Under the pieces are notes generated by a model. That model made no database searches and was not told where the DNA came from. It saw only the letters and a list, made by a program, of their open reading frames with translations. This document shows positions 32,747 through 42,471 of a stretch of DNA of 64,000 nucleotides, piece by piece. The DNA is from an uncultured Gemmatimonadales bacterium (lineage in GTDB: Bacteria; Gemmatimonadota; Gemmatimonadetes; Longimicrobiales; RSA9). The stretch spans positions 96,001 through 160,000 of the forward strand of contig CAWCRS010000005.1 in assembly GCA_963798085.1 (NCBI GenBank), read 5' to 3'. The translations under genes were made by a program, and so were the position numbers. The stretch's first letter is position 1. Each line of letters begins with the position of its first letter.

Positions 32747-33718
32747 TTGAGCACACAGCGAGCCCAGTTCGAACGCGACATGGCGGAGCTGGAGCAGCAG
32801 ATCGAGCGGCTGCTCGTGCTGGCGTCGCAGCGCGGACTCGATGTCGAGACCGAGCTGCGCACGCTGGAGGAGAAGCTGGCCACGCTGAAGAAGGTGGCCT
32901 GGCGCCAGTACTCCGCCGTGGATCGTGTACAGATGGCCAGGCATCCCAAGCGACCCTACACGCTCGACTACATCGAGCGTGCCTTCAGCGATTTCGTCGA
33001 GCTGCACGGCGATCGCAATTACCGTGACGATGGCGCCATCGTGGGCGGCTGGGCCCGCCTCGAGGGCAGCACCGTCATGGTGATCGGGCACCAGAAGGGC
33101 CGCGACATGAAGCAGAACCTGCTGCGCAACTTCGGCATGCCGCACCCGGAAGGGTACCGCAAGGCGCTGCGCCTCATGCAGCAGGCGGAGAAGTTCGGGC
33201 GTCCGGTCGTCACACTGATCGACACGATGGGCGCGTATCCCGGCATTGGCGCGGAGGAACGCGGTCAGGCCGAGGCGATCGCGCGCAACCTGCGCGAGAT
33301 GTCGCGACTGCGCGTTCCCATTGTGGCGGTGGTCATCGGCGAAGGCGGCAGTGGCGGCGCGCTGGCGCTGGGTGTGGCGGATCGCGTGCTCATGTTCGAG
33401 AATGCGATCTACAGCGTGATCTCGCCGGAAGGCTGTGCCGCCATCCTGTGGAAGACGGCGAGCGCCAAGGACAAGGCGGCGGAAGCGCTGCGCCTGACGG
33501 CGGCGGACCTGGCCGAACTCCGAGTTATCGACGAGGTGCTGCCCGAGCCGCTGGCGGGCGCGCAGGACGACTGGGATGTGGCCGCGCAGACCCTGCGCGA
33601 GGGGCTGGTACGACACCTGGGCGAGCTGTCGGGGTTGAATCCGGGACAGCTGCGGGGTGCGCGCCACGCGAAGTTCGAACACATGGGCGCATGGCGGGAA
33701 GTACGCCTCGTGCGCTGA
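32747..33718 (+). CDS. accA: Acetyl-CoA carboxylase carboxyltransferase alpha
   Basis: ARHPKRP, RNFGMPHPEGYRKA and GEGGSGGAL. Confidence 0.96.
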   Translation: MSTQRAQFERDMAELEQQIERLLVLASQRGLDVETELRTLEEKLATLKKVAWRQYSAVDRVQMARHPKRPYTLDYIERAFSDFVELHGDRNYRDDGAIVGGWARLEGSTVMVIGHQKGRDMKQNLLRNFGMPHPEGYRKALRLMQQAEKFGRPVVTLIDTMGAYPGIGAEERGQAEAIARNLREMSRLRVPIVAVVIGEGGSGGALALGVADRVLMFENAIYSVISPEGCAAILWKTASAKDKAAEALRLTAADLAELRVIDEVLPEPLAGAQDDWDVAAQTLREGLVRHLGELSGLNPGQLRGARHAKFEHMGAWREVRLVR

Positions 33719-33755
33719 TGATCCGACGCACGCACAGCATAGCGAGGGCTGTCAC

Positions 33756-34715
33756 ATGGCCCAGATAGTGGAAGTCGCCTTCAAGGGCAATCGCCGCAAC
33801 TACTATGCGAGCGAGCTGGACAGCATCGACCTGAGCGATTACGTGATCGTGGAAGCCGACCGCGGTGAAGACCTCGGCCGCGTTTCCGCCGCCGGTGCCA
33901 TCGCCGAACGCAAGTGCTCGGGCTGCTCGACCGGCTGCGCCGCGCCGGTGCCCACGCTGCGCCTGCTGCGCGCGGCGCTGGACGATGAGGTGGAGCGCGC
34001 CGTGGCGCTGCGGCAGGATGAGCCGCGCGTGCGCCGCATGGCGCGCGAAAAGGTGCTGCAGCACGGTCTCAAGATGAAGGTCAGCGATGCCGAGTGGCAG
34101 CTGGATCGCAACAAGCTGACCATCTATTTCACCGCGGAACGGCGCGTCGATTTCCGCGAGCTGGTACGCGACCTGGCGCGCACGTTCCGAACGCGCATCG
34201 AGCTGAAGCAGATCGGTGTGCGTGACGAGGCGGCGCTGCTGGGCGGTGTGGGGCGCTGCGGTCGCGAGCTGTGCTGCTCGACCTGGCTGCGCGAGTTGAA
34301 GCCGGTGAGTCTGCAGCTGGCGAAGGATCAGCGCCTCTCGCTCAATCCCGCCCAGATCAGCGGCTGCTGCGGCCGGCTCATGTGCTGCCTCACCTACGAG
34401 CACGAGGCGTACGTGGCCGCGCGCAAGCGTTTTCCCCGCGAAGGCAAGACGCTGCGCACCGGCACGGGCAGGGAGAAGGTGGTCAGCGTCGACATCTGGC
34501 GTGAGCGTGTCATGCTCAAGGACGAAGAAGGCAATCGGCGCACGGTCGCGCTGGAAGACCTGAAGGCCGAGGTGGCCGCCGCTGATGCGCTGCCGGAACC
34601 GCAGACGGAGCGCCCGCCCGAGCGGCGGGAGGCCTCGTACCCGTACCGGCCCGGCCGTCGCGGGCGAGAGGGCGGCCGCCGCGACAACGGGCACTCCAAC
34701 CCGGACGACGCGTGA
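33756..34715 (+). CDS. PSP1/RicT (YaaT)-family protein
   Basis: RVDFRELVRDLA, TRIELKQIGVRDEA, CGRELCC and GCCGRLMCCL. Confidence 0.92.
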   Translation: MAQIVEVAFKGNRRNYYASELDSIDLSDYVIVEADRGEDLGRVSAAGAIAERKCSGCSTGCAAPVPTLRLLRAALDDEVERAVALRQDEPRVRRMAREKVLQHGLKMKVSDAEWQLDRNKLTIYFTAERRVDFRELVRDLARTFRTRIELKQIGVRDEAALLGGVGRCGRELCCSTWLRELKPVSLQLAKDQRLSLNPAQISGCCGRLMCCLTYEHEAYVAARKRFPREGKTLRTGTGREKVVSVDIWRERVMLKDEEGNRRTVALEDLKAEVAAADALPEPQTERPPERREASYPYRPGRRGREGGRRDNGHSNPDDA

Positions 34716-36241
34716 GCCGACCCGCCTGCACATACATTACTACAGCCATCGACTACGCGAATGGCGCGCCCCACATGGGGCACGCGTTCGAGAAGATCGG
34801 TGCGGACGCCATGGCCCGGTATCGTCGCCTCAAGGGCGAAGCCGTGTACTTCGCCATGGGCATGGATGAGCACGGCCTCAAGGTCATGCAGAGCGCCGAC
34901 GCCGCCGGCATCACACCGCAGCAGTGGGTCGATGGCATTGCCGCCGAATTCTCCACCATGTGGGCGCGACTGCTCATCAGCAACGACGATTTCGTGCGCA
35001 CGACGGAGCCGCGTCACGAGCGCGCCGCGGTGGAGCTGATCCGCCGCATCCAGAAGGGCGACCATTTCTACCGCGGCCGGTACGAGGGCTGGTACTGCGT
35101 GGGCTGCGAATCGTTCAAGCGCGAGGACGAGCTGTTCCTTGATGACACCGGTGTTCGCCGCTGCGTGCTGCACCCGACGCGCGAAGCCACGTGGTCGGAG
35201 GAAAACAACTGGTTCTTCCGGTTGTCGAACTTCCAGGAGCAGCTGCTGCGGCTCTACGACGAGCGCCCCGGCTTCATCCAGCCCGAGTCGCGTTACAACG
35301 AGGTGCGGCGCCTGGTCGAGGCGGGCCTCGAGGACATCTCCGTCACGCGCTCCATTTCATGGGGCATTCCGTGGCCGGGCGACGACACGCAGACGATCTG
35401 GGTGTGGGTCGAAGCGCTGATCAACTACATCTCGGCCACAGGCTTTCCCGATCCGGGCTTCGAGCGCTACTGGCCGGCCAGCTGGCACGTCATCGGTAAG
35501 GACATCACGCGTTTCCACTGCGTGATCTGGCCGGCCATGCTGATGGCCGCGGGACTGGAGCCGGCACAGGCCGTGTGGGCGCACGGCTTCTTCAACTTCG
35601 CCGGGCGCAAGCTGTCCAAGTCGGAAGGTGTGAGCGTCGACCTGGGCGATGCGGTGGACCGCTTCGGCCCGGATGCGTTCCGCTACTACATGCTGCGTGA
35701 AGTGCCGTGGAACGATGATGGCGACTTCTCGTGGGAGCGTTTCGAGTCGCGCTACACGGCGGATCTCGCGGATGACCTGGGCAACCTGGTGAATCGTGTG
35801 ATCTCGATGATCGAGCGTTATCGCGCCGGTATTGTGCCGCAGGCACCGCGCACCTGGCTGGATGACGAGGCGAGCGCCACGCTGCACAAATACTTCGCCG
35901 CCATGGACGCCAACCTGCTGCACCAGGGCGCGGCTGCCGCCATGGAGCTGGCAGTGGCGGCGAACGGCTTCATCGAGGCACAGGCGCCGTGGAGCCAGGC
36001 GAAGGATCCGGCGCAGAGCGCGGCGCTCGATGCCACTCTGGCATCGCTGGCTCGGGCCATTGTCATCACGGCGGTGCTGCTCTCGCCGTTCATGCCTTCG
36101 AAGATGCAGGATCTGCTGGCGCGTTTCGGCTACTCCGGGACGCCCCGGCTGGACGCGCTGCCTACCCTCGATGCGGGGGGCCGGACCGCTGTGCGCGGCG
36201 CCATCCTCTTCCCCAAGGACCGTTCGCCGGAACCCGCTTGA
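34712..36241 (+). CDS. metG: Methionyl-tRNA synthetase (short form, no C-terminal appended domain)
   Basis: YITTAIDYANGAPHMGH, IGKDITRFH and KLSKS. Confidence 0.95.
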   Translation: MSRPACTYITTAIDYANGAPHMGHAFEKIGADAMARYRRLKGEAVYFAMGMDEHGLKVMQSADAAGITPQQWVDGIAAEFSTMWARLLISNDDFVRTTEPRHERAAVELIRRIQKGDHFYRGRYEGWYCVGCESFKREDELFLDDTGVRRCVLHPTREATWSEENNWFFRLSNFQEQLLRLYDERPGFIQPESRYNEVRRLVEAGLEDISVTRSISWGIPWPGDDTQTIWVWVEALINYISATGFPDPGFERYWPASWHVIGKDITRFHCVIWPAMLMAAGLEPAQAVWAHGFFNFAGRKLSKSEGVSVDLGDAVDRFGPDAFRYYMLREVPWNDDGDFSWERFESRYTADLADDLGNLVNRVISMIERYRAGIVPQAPRTWLDDEASATLHKYFAAMDANLLHQGAAAAMELAVAANGFIEAQAPWSQAKDPAQSAALDATLASLARAIVITAVLLSPFMPSKMQDLLARFGYSGTPRLDALPTLDAGGRTAVRGAILFPKDRSPEPA

Positions 36242-36368
36242 CACGGTCCGGTACACCGATCTACACTGGCAGCCTCTACTCGCGCTGCCAAAGACGTCAC
36301 TGTTCCTGGACCGCGGCTCCTCCCGGGGCCGCTCTCCTTTTTGTCACACGTTCCCCGATGGGTGATGA

Positions 36369-37238
36369 ATGGCCCGACGACGTGACTGGACGGTAAAGGT
36401 TCTCGGCCAAAGCCGGGGCGACGTCCATCCGCCGCAGATCTCACGCGAACTCATGCAGCTCGGCATTGCGGCCGTTCTGCTCGTCATTGGCTTTCTCGGT
36501 TCCGCCGCAGGCTATCTCTTCCATGATGCCCAGGTCAGCCTCCAGCACCACGACCTCGTCCTCAAGAGCGCGCTGCTGACCGGCAGCGCCGGACAGCGGC
36601 TGCGCGGCGATGCCGACAACACCGCTGATGAAGAGACCGTCGCGGAGCGGGCCGGGGCAGTGGGCGAATCGCTTTTCGGCAACCCCCTCTTCGGCGTGGA
36701 CCTCGCTTCTTCGGTCAGTGAAACACCGCTCGACGGGCAGGTGAATGACCTGCTGCAGCGGGCGAAGCAGCTGGCCTTCGGCTGGCGGGAAGCGGGCGAT
36801 GCGCTGGAACGCAAAGTCGACGATCTCGCCACGACGCCTTCCATCCTGCCGGCTATGGGCTACATCGGCAGCTCCTTCTCGCGTAACCGCTTCCACCCGA
36901 TCCTGGGAATCGTCCGGCCCCATCTGGGTGTCGACATCGTGGCAACGCGCGGCACGCCGGTCATGGCGGCGGCGCGTGGCGAAGTCACGTTCGTGGGCCG
37001 GAAGGGCGAGCTGGGTCTCATGGTGCAGATCGATCACGGCTCGGGCCGCGTCACACGCTACGCCCACCTGTCGCGCACCGTTGCCCGCGCCGGCCAGCAT
37101 GTGGAGCGCGGCGAACTCATCGGCAATGTCGGATCCACCGGCCTCGCCGTGGGCTCGCATCTGCACTACGAGGTCTGGCTCAACGGCCGGCCGGTCAACC
37201 CCCGGAAGTTCATTCAATCCGGCGTGATCCACCCCTGA
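36369..37238 (+). CDS. M23 family metallopeptidase
   Basis: HLGVD, RYAHL and HLHYE motifs; N-terminal transmembrane segment. Confidence 0.9.
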   Translation: MARRRDWTVKVLGQSRGDVHPPQISRELMQLGIAAVLLVIGFLGSAAGYLFHDAQVSLQHHDLVLKSALLTGSAGQRLRGDADNTADEETVAERAGAVGESLFGNPLFGVDLASSVSETPLDGQVNDLLQRAKQLAFGWREAGDALERKVDDLATTPSILPAMGYIGSSFSRNRFHPILGIVRPHLGVDIVATRGTPVMAAARGEVTFVGRKGELGLMVQIDHGSGRVTRYAHLSRTVARAGQHVERGELIGNVGSTGLAVGSHLHYEVWLNGRPVNPRKFIQSGVIHP

Positions 37239-37293
37239 AAACGCGGACGCCCCATCGTTCGCCGACATCCAGTGCAGAACTGACAGGCCCCGC

Positions 37294-39444
37294 ATGAACC
37301 CGTCGCTGGACGTAGCCGCGCCGGCTGCGCTGACGCTGGAAGTCGACGACGACAACGTCGTCTGGCTCGTTTTCGACCGGCCTGACAGCAAAGTCAATCT
37401 TCTCAGCGCCGACGTCATGGCGAGGCTCGACGAGTTGATCGGCGAAATCGAGCGGCTGCAGGACGAGCGCGGCATCCGTGCGGTGATCGTGCGCAGCGCC
37501 AAGGATGGCACCTTCATCGCTGGCGCCGACGTGAACGAGATCGCCGGCATTCGCGACGCGACCGAGGGCTACGACGCGTCACGCACGGGTCAGCGCATCT
37601 TCCGCCGTCTCGAGTTGCTGTCCGTCCCGACAGTCGCGGCCATCGATGGATTGTGTCTGGGCGGCGGCACCGAGCTGGCGCTGGCGTGCGACTATCGCCT
37701 GGCCAGCGACCGGCCGCAGACGAAGATCGGCCTGCCGGAAGTGCGCCTCGGCATCATTCCCGGTTTTGGCGGCACCACGCGACTGCCGCGGCTCATCGGC
37801 CTGACGCAGGCACTACCCATCATTCTGACCGGTCAGCCCGTCTCCGCCTCGAAGGCGAGGCGCATCGGGATGGTCGACGAAGCCGTTCATCCCGCAATCC
37901 TCTACGACCGTGCGAAAAAGGCGGCGCTGGCGGGCCGGCTCTCGCCCCGCCGCAAACGCCCGCTCCGACTGCGCCTGCTCGACGAGACCATCCCCGGCCG
38001 TGCGCTCGCGCTCAATCGCGCCAGGGCCGGCGTGATGAAGGAGACGCACGGCCACTATCCGGCGCCGCTGCTGGCGCTCGATGTGATCCGCAGCTCTCTG
38101 GGCCAGCCGCTCGACGTGGCGTTCGAACTGGAGGCGCGCGGCATTGGCTCGCTGCTGGCCAGTCCCGTCTCGAAGCACCTGATCCACGTGTTCCACCTGA
38201 TGGAAGGCGCGCGCAAGGCGGGACCGCAGGGCGTGCGGCCGCAGCCCGTGCGGCGCGTCGCGGTGCTGGGCGCCGGCGTCATGGGTGGCGGCATTGCGCA
38301 GCTGCTCGCGTTCAACGACATCACCGTGCGCCTGAAGGATGTGGATGCGCGTGCCATGGGCAACGGCCTCCGGCACGCGCGCAGCATCTTCGACCGCGCC
38401 GTGCGCCGCGGGCGCATGACACAGCGTGTCGCCAGCCGCCACATGGATGCGATCGCCCCAACACTCGATTACAGCGGCTTCGGCAGCGTGGATCTGGTGA
38501 TCGAGGCCATCGTCGAGCGCATGGACGTGAAGCAGAAGGTGCTGCGCGAGGTAGAGGCGCAGGTGTCGCCCGACTGCGTGCTCGCCTCCAACACTTCTTC
38601 CCTGTCCATCACGGTAATGCAGTCGGCGCTGGCGCGGCCCGGCAACTTCTGCGGCCTGCACTTCTTCAACCCGGTGCACCGCATGCCGCTGGTGGAGGTG
38701 ATCCGCGGCGAGCACACGAGCGACGTCGCACTGGCCACGGCGTTCGCGCTGGCGAGGCGCCTGGACAAGACGCCCGTGCTGGTGAACGACGGCCCCGGCT
38801 TCCTCGTGAATCGCGTGCTGGCGCCCTATCTCAATGAAGCCGGCTTCCTGCTGCAGGAGGGCGCATCCATTCGCGCCATCGATCGCGCGCTGCTCGACTT
38901 CGGCATGCCCATGGGCCCGCTGCGCCTGCTGGATGAAGTGGGGCTGGACGTGGCGCGCCACGTGGCGGAAGTGATGCACGAAGGCCTGGGCGACCGCATG
39001 CGGCCGGCCGCCGCGCTGGCCGCACTGGAAGGCACGGAACTGCTGGGCCGCAAGGGGGGCCGCGGCTTCTACGTGTACGATGGCGAACGACAGCGCGGCA
39101 TCAACGACGAGATCTACGAGCGTCTCGCACCCTGCGTGCCGGCGAAGCGCGTCGACATCGAAGCGGATGTCATCCGCACGCGGACTGTGCTGGCCATGGT
39201 GAACGAGGCCGCGCGCGTGCTCGAGGATGGCATTGCGCGGAATGCCGGCGATGTCGATCTCGCCATGATCACGGGCACCGGCTTCCCGCCTTTCCGCGGC
39301 GGGCTGCTGCGCTACGCGGACGATGTGGGTCTCGCGCTCATCCGCGATCGCCTGGACGAGCTGACCAGCGCAGTGGGCGCGCGCTTCACGACCGCCGGTC
39401 TGATCCGCGAACTGGCCGATGCGCAGCGAGGCTTCTACGGCTGA
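37294..39444 (+). CDS. fadJ: Fatty-acid oxidation multifunctional alpha subunit (FadJ/FadB-like)
   Basis: Crotonase domain (AGAD, GGGTELAL, GLPEV), GAGVMGGG NAD-binding motif and LHFFNP. Confidence 0.88.
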   Translation: MNPSLDVAAPAALTLEVDDDNVVWLVFDRPDSKVNLLSADVMARLDELIGEIERLQDERGIRAVIVRSAKDGTFIAGADVNEIAGIRDATEGYDASRTGQRIFRRLELLSVPTVAAIDGLCLGGGTELALACDYRLASDRPQTKIGLPEVRLGIIPGFGGTTRLPRLIGLTQALPIILTGQPVSASKARRIGMVDEAVHPAILYDRAKKAALAGRLSPRRKRPLRLRLLDETIPGRALALNRARAGVMKETHGHYPAPLLALDVIRSSLGQPLDVAFELEARGIGSLLASPVSKHLIHVFHLMEGARKAGPQGVRPQPVRRVAVLGAGVMGGGIAQLLAFNDITVRLKDVDARAMGNGLRHARSIFDRAVRRGRMTQRVASRHMDAIAPTLDYSGFGSVDLVIEAIVERMDVKQKVLREVEAQVSPDCVLASNTSSLSITVMQSALARPGNFCGLHFFNPVHRMPLVEVIRGEHTSDVALATAFALARRLDKTPVLVNDGPGFLVNRVLAPYLNEAGFLLQEGASIRAIDRALLDFGMPMGPLRLLDEVGLDVARHVAEVMHEGLGDRMRPAAALAALEGTELLGRKGGRGFYVYDGERQRGINDEIYERLAPCVPAKRVDIEADVIRTRTVLAMVNEAARVLEDGIARNAGDVDLAMITGTGFPPFRGGLLRYADDVGLALIRDRLDELTSAVGARFTTAGLIRELADAQRGFYG

Positions 39445-39967
39445 GCCGGTAACAATCCATTATCACCGCCCGCCCGATCGCGAGGACGTGTTCGTGCAGC
39501 GCCTGGTCGAGCGCACGGGCAGCACCATCATCACCTTCATGGAACGCACGCCGCTGGCGCGGACCCTGCGCGTGCGCCGCCGCATCGCGCTGGAGAACGG
39601 ATCGCCCGTGGTGTGGTTCACGTTCCCCGGCTGCTGGCACGATATCGGGCTCTTCCATCGCGCGGACGGCCGCTACACCGGAACCTACGCCAACATCCTC
39701 ACGCCCGTGCGCCTGCTGGACGCAACAACCTGGAGCACGACCGACCTGTTCCTGGATGTCTGGGTCGATCTCTCGGGCGAGGCATCGATTCTGGACGAGG
39801 ACGAGTTCCGCCACGCCATCCAGCGCGGCTGGCTCGAGCCCGGCCTGGCGGCACGGGCGCGCGCCGAAGCGGAGCTGCTGCTGCGTGCGGCGCGTGCGGG
39901 CGAATGGCCGCCGCCGGTCGTGCGTGACTGGACCCTCGACCGCGTCCGCAGCATACCGACCGGCTGA
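39419..39967 (+). CDS. DUF402-family protein
   Basis: YANI, TDLFLDVWV and ILDEDEF. The exact start codon is uncertain. Confidence 0.75.
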   Translation: MRSEASTAEPVTIHYHRPPDREDVFVQRLVERTGSTIITFMERTPLARTLRVRRRIALENGSPVVWFTFPGCWHDIGLFHRADGRYTGTYANILTPVRLLDATTWSTTDLFLDVWVDLSGEASILDEDEFRHAIQRGWLEPGLAARARAEAELLLRAARAGEWPPPVVRDWTLDRVRSIPTG

Positions 39968-40037
39968 CGGCACTCGCCTTCGGCCCACGGTGTACCTGCG
40001 AGCCGGCAATCGTCCGCTTCCTGGCTGGAGTTTTCCC

Positions 40038-40718
40038 ATGGCATTGACGGTCCGGCCCCTGTTCACCGGCAATCGTGCGCGTCGTTCGTTCACCATCGCG
40101 GCCGCACTTCTGCTTCTCGCCGCTGCGCGCGCGCTGTCCGCGCAGGATGCACCGCCCACAATCTTCGACAAGGCGTCGCTCAGTCGGGCGAAAGGTGGCG
40201 AGGACGCGCCGCTCTTCGTGTATGAGTTCGCCGACTTCGAGTGCCCGCACTGCGCCCATTTCGCAACCGAGGTCTTTCCGCTGCTGGACAGCGCGTTCGT
40301 CAAGACCGGCAAGGTGCGCTGGATCTTCGTGAACCTGCCACTGCCCGGACACGCTGAAGCCTGGGTGGCGCACGAAGCCGCTCTCTGCGCGGGCGCCGTC
40401 GCCGGCAAATTCTGGGAGATGCACGACCGCATCTACGCCAGCCAGAAGGAATGGTCGGAAGCTGCCGACCCCGGCGCCACACTCGCCCGCTACGCCAAAG
40501 AGCTGGGTGTGCCCATACAACCCTTCACCGCCTGCACGGCCGCCGACAAGGTCGCTTCCCTCATCCTCCAGGACGTGATCTTCGCCGCGTCCTCCCACGT
40601 CAACGGCACACCCGCCTTCATCGTGAACAACGAACAATCCGTGATGGGCCTCAAAACATTCGAAGAATGGAAGGCCATTCTCGACCCCATGCTCAAATCC
40701 AAAACCATCCACCAGTGA
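40038..40718 (+). CDS. DsbA/BdbD-like thioredoxin-fold protein
   Basis: Signal peptide, EFADFECPHC and cis-Pro motif VNGTP. Confidence 0.9.
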   Translation: MALTVRPLFTGNRARRSFTIAAALLLLAAARALSAQDAPPTIFDKASLSRAKGGEDAPLFVYEFADFECPHCAHFATEVFPLLDSAFVKTGKVRWIFVNLPLPGHAEAWVAHEAALCAGAVAGKFWEMHDRIYASQKEWSEAADPGATLARYAKELGVPIQPFTACTAADKVASLILQDVIFAASSHVNGTPAFIVNNEQSVMGLKTFEEWKAILDPMLKSKTIHQ

Positions 40719-40928
40719 GAGCGCGGAGGACGAGGAGCGCGCTGACGGGCTCTGCGTACGAATGGGTGGGGAGAACGGAGATTCTGATTAACGAATAAAC
40801 GGATTCGACGGATTGAATTCAACGGATCTGGATTTAACCGCGCAGTGTCCTCGGGCCGCCTTCGCCGACCAGGAATCCGTTCGCAGAGGTGAGCACATTC
40901 CGGGGTCCGCCGGGATGTCCCCTCCCCG

Positions 40929-41153
40929 TCAGCCTTCCGCGCCCTCCGCGCCCTCTGCGGTGGAAGGAAGTAGTTGAGCCGAAAGGAGCCTGCGGAAGTC
41001 GATGTAGAGGATGGCGGATATGGTGGGGTCTTCGCGCAGGGCGTCGATCAGGCGGGGGTAGTGCTGCACGATGTCGGCGGGCAGGTCGATGTAGACGTCG
41101 TGGAACGCGCCCTCGTCGGCGAAAGTCAGTTTCACGCGGTCCATTTCAGCCAT
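40929..41153 (-). CDS. Small hypothetical protein (74 aa)
   Basis: MAEMDRVKLTFADEGAFH...RLIDALREDP; overlaps the VKOR stop by 8 nt. Confidence 0.6.
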   Translation of the reverse strand: MAEMDRVKLTFADEGAFHDVYIDLPADIVQHYPRLIDALREDPTISAILYIDFRRLLSAQLLPSTAEGAEGAEG

Positions 41154-41649
41154 CCATGCCTCGACGCAGCAGGCCGATTTCGGGGAGCGAGAGCAGGAAG
41201 AGCAGCGTCGCAACCACGGCGGAGCCGATGCACCAGCGGCACCAGGCGGCAATGCGCGTCTGCTCGATCCAGGAGAGGTAGGCGGAGAACAGAAACGCGA
41301 CCGTGCAGCAGAGCAGCAGGATCCAGGCGACGCGGCGGTCCTGCATGAGCGCGGGTTGAATGCCCAGGAGCGCCGTCACCAGGATGAGCCCGTACCCTGC
41401 CACACCCCAGAGCGGCACCGGCAGTCCCAGGAAGCTCGACCACGGCGAGCTCTGCACGCTTTCGCAGGAGTGCGCCCCGCCGCAGACCAGCGTGGTGATA
41501 ACGCCGAGTTTGTAGAGCAGCATGTACGCGGCAATGAGCACGCCGGCCAGTGCGAGCACGGCCATGGTCATGCGCCGGGTGGGTGAGGCGGCGCTGCCCG
41601 CGGGCTCACCCGGGCGCGCGACGCGGCCGGCGTTGAGCGGCGCGCTCAC
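41146..41649 (-). CDS. Vitamin K epoxide reductase (VKOR) family protein
   Basis: VC...SCESVQSSPWS, LGLPV and WCRWC redox motif; four transmembrane segments. Confidence 0.92.
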   Translation of the reverse strand: MSAPLNAGRVARPGEPAGSAASPTRRMTMAVLALAGVLIAAYMLLYKLGVITTLVCGGAHSCESVQSSPWSSFLGLPVPLWGVAGYGLILVTALLGIQPALMQDRRVAWILLLCCTVAFLFSAYLSWIEQTRIAAWCRWCIGSAVVATLLFLLSLPEIGLLRRGMDG

Positions 41650-42413
41650 TTGGGCGGGGCGACGCCCAGTTCCTGCTGCAGCAGCGTCTTCAGTTCACTG
41701 TAGTCGGCAAAATTCTGCATGGCGCGCTGTCCCACGAAGATCGTCGGCGTCGAGTGTACCCCCAGCTTCTCGCCCAGCAGGCGATTGGCGCTCACTACAT
41801 CAGCGAACTGATCGCTGCGCAGACAGCTCTCGAACTTCGCGGGGTCGATTGCCACCAGCTTCGCGTAGGCCACGAACTGCGCGACCGGCACCGACTTCGC
41901 GAAGCTCCAGTCGTTCTGCCGGCTGAACAGCACGTCATGGTACTGCCAGTACTTGCCCTGCTCGCCGGCGCAGCGCGCGGCCCGCGCGGCGACGAAGCCG
42001 TAGCGATGCTGGGGGTCGCCGCCCGACAGGTCGATCGGGTAGTCGTAGTAGACGAACTGCACCAGGTTGCGATCGAGATACTCGGCGCGCAGCTGCGGCT
42101 CGACCTGCGAATTGAAGATGCGGCAGGCCGGACAGGTGAAGTCGCTGAAGATGAGGACCCTGGCGGTCGCTTCCGGCGAGCCGCCCACCACGCCCTGCGC
42201 TTTCTTGAAGAGCGCCTGCGAATCTTCCATGCCCGTCAGCGGCACGGGCGCGGCCACGACACTCGACTCGCGGTACATCACGTTGTAGCCGATCCAGGCG
42301 AGTCCGGCCACCGCGACCAGCGCGAGCAGCAGATAGAAGCCCTTGAGGTTCGGACCGGCCGCTTGCGTTTTTGCCGCCGCCGCCTTGCTGCCCTTCCGTT
42401 GCATCTGTGCCAA
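41646..42413 (-). CDS. Membrane-anchored DsbA-like protein
   Basis: TM helix, FSDFTCPAC and VHSTPT. TTG start at 42413 has an AGGAGG RBS. Confidence 0.88.
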   Translation of the reverse strand: MAQMQRKGSKAAAAKTQAAGPNLKGFYLLLALVAVAGLAWIGYNVMYRESSVVAAPVPLTGMEDSQALFKKAQGVVGGSPEATARVLIFSDFTCPACRIFNSQVEPQLRAEYLDRNLVQFVYYDYPIDLSGGDPQHRYGFVAARAARCAGEQGKYWQYHDVLFSRQNDWSFAKSVPVAQFVAYAKLVAIDPAKFESCLRSDQFADVVSANRLLGEKLGVHSTPTIFVGQRAMQNFADYSELKTLLQQELGVAPPK

Positions 42414-42471
42414 GCGAGCCCTCCTGTCCGGCCACGCGCACGAGTTTTCGTTTGTTCGTGGGAAGGTGGTG

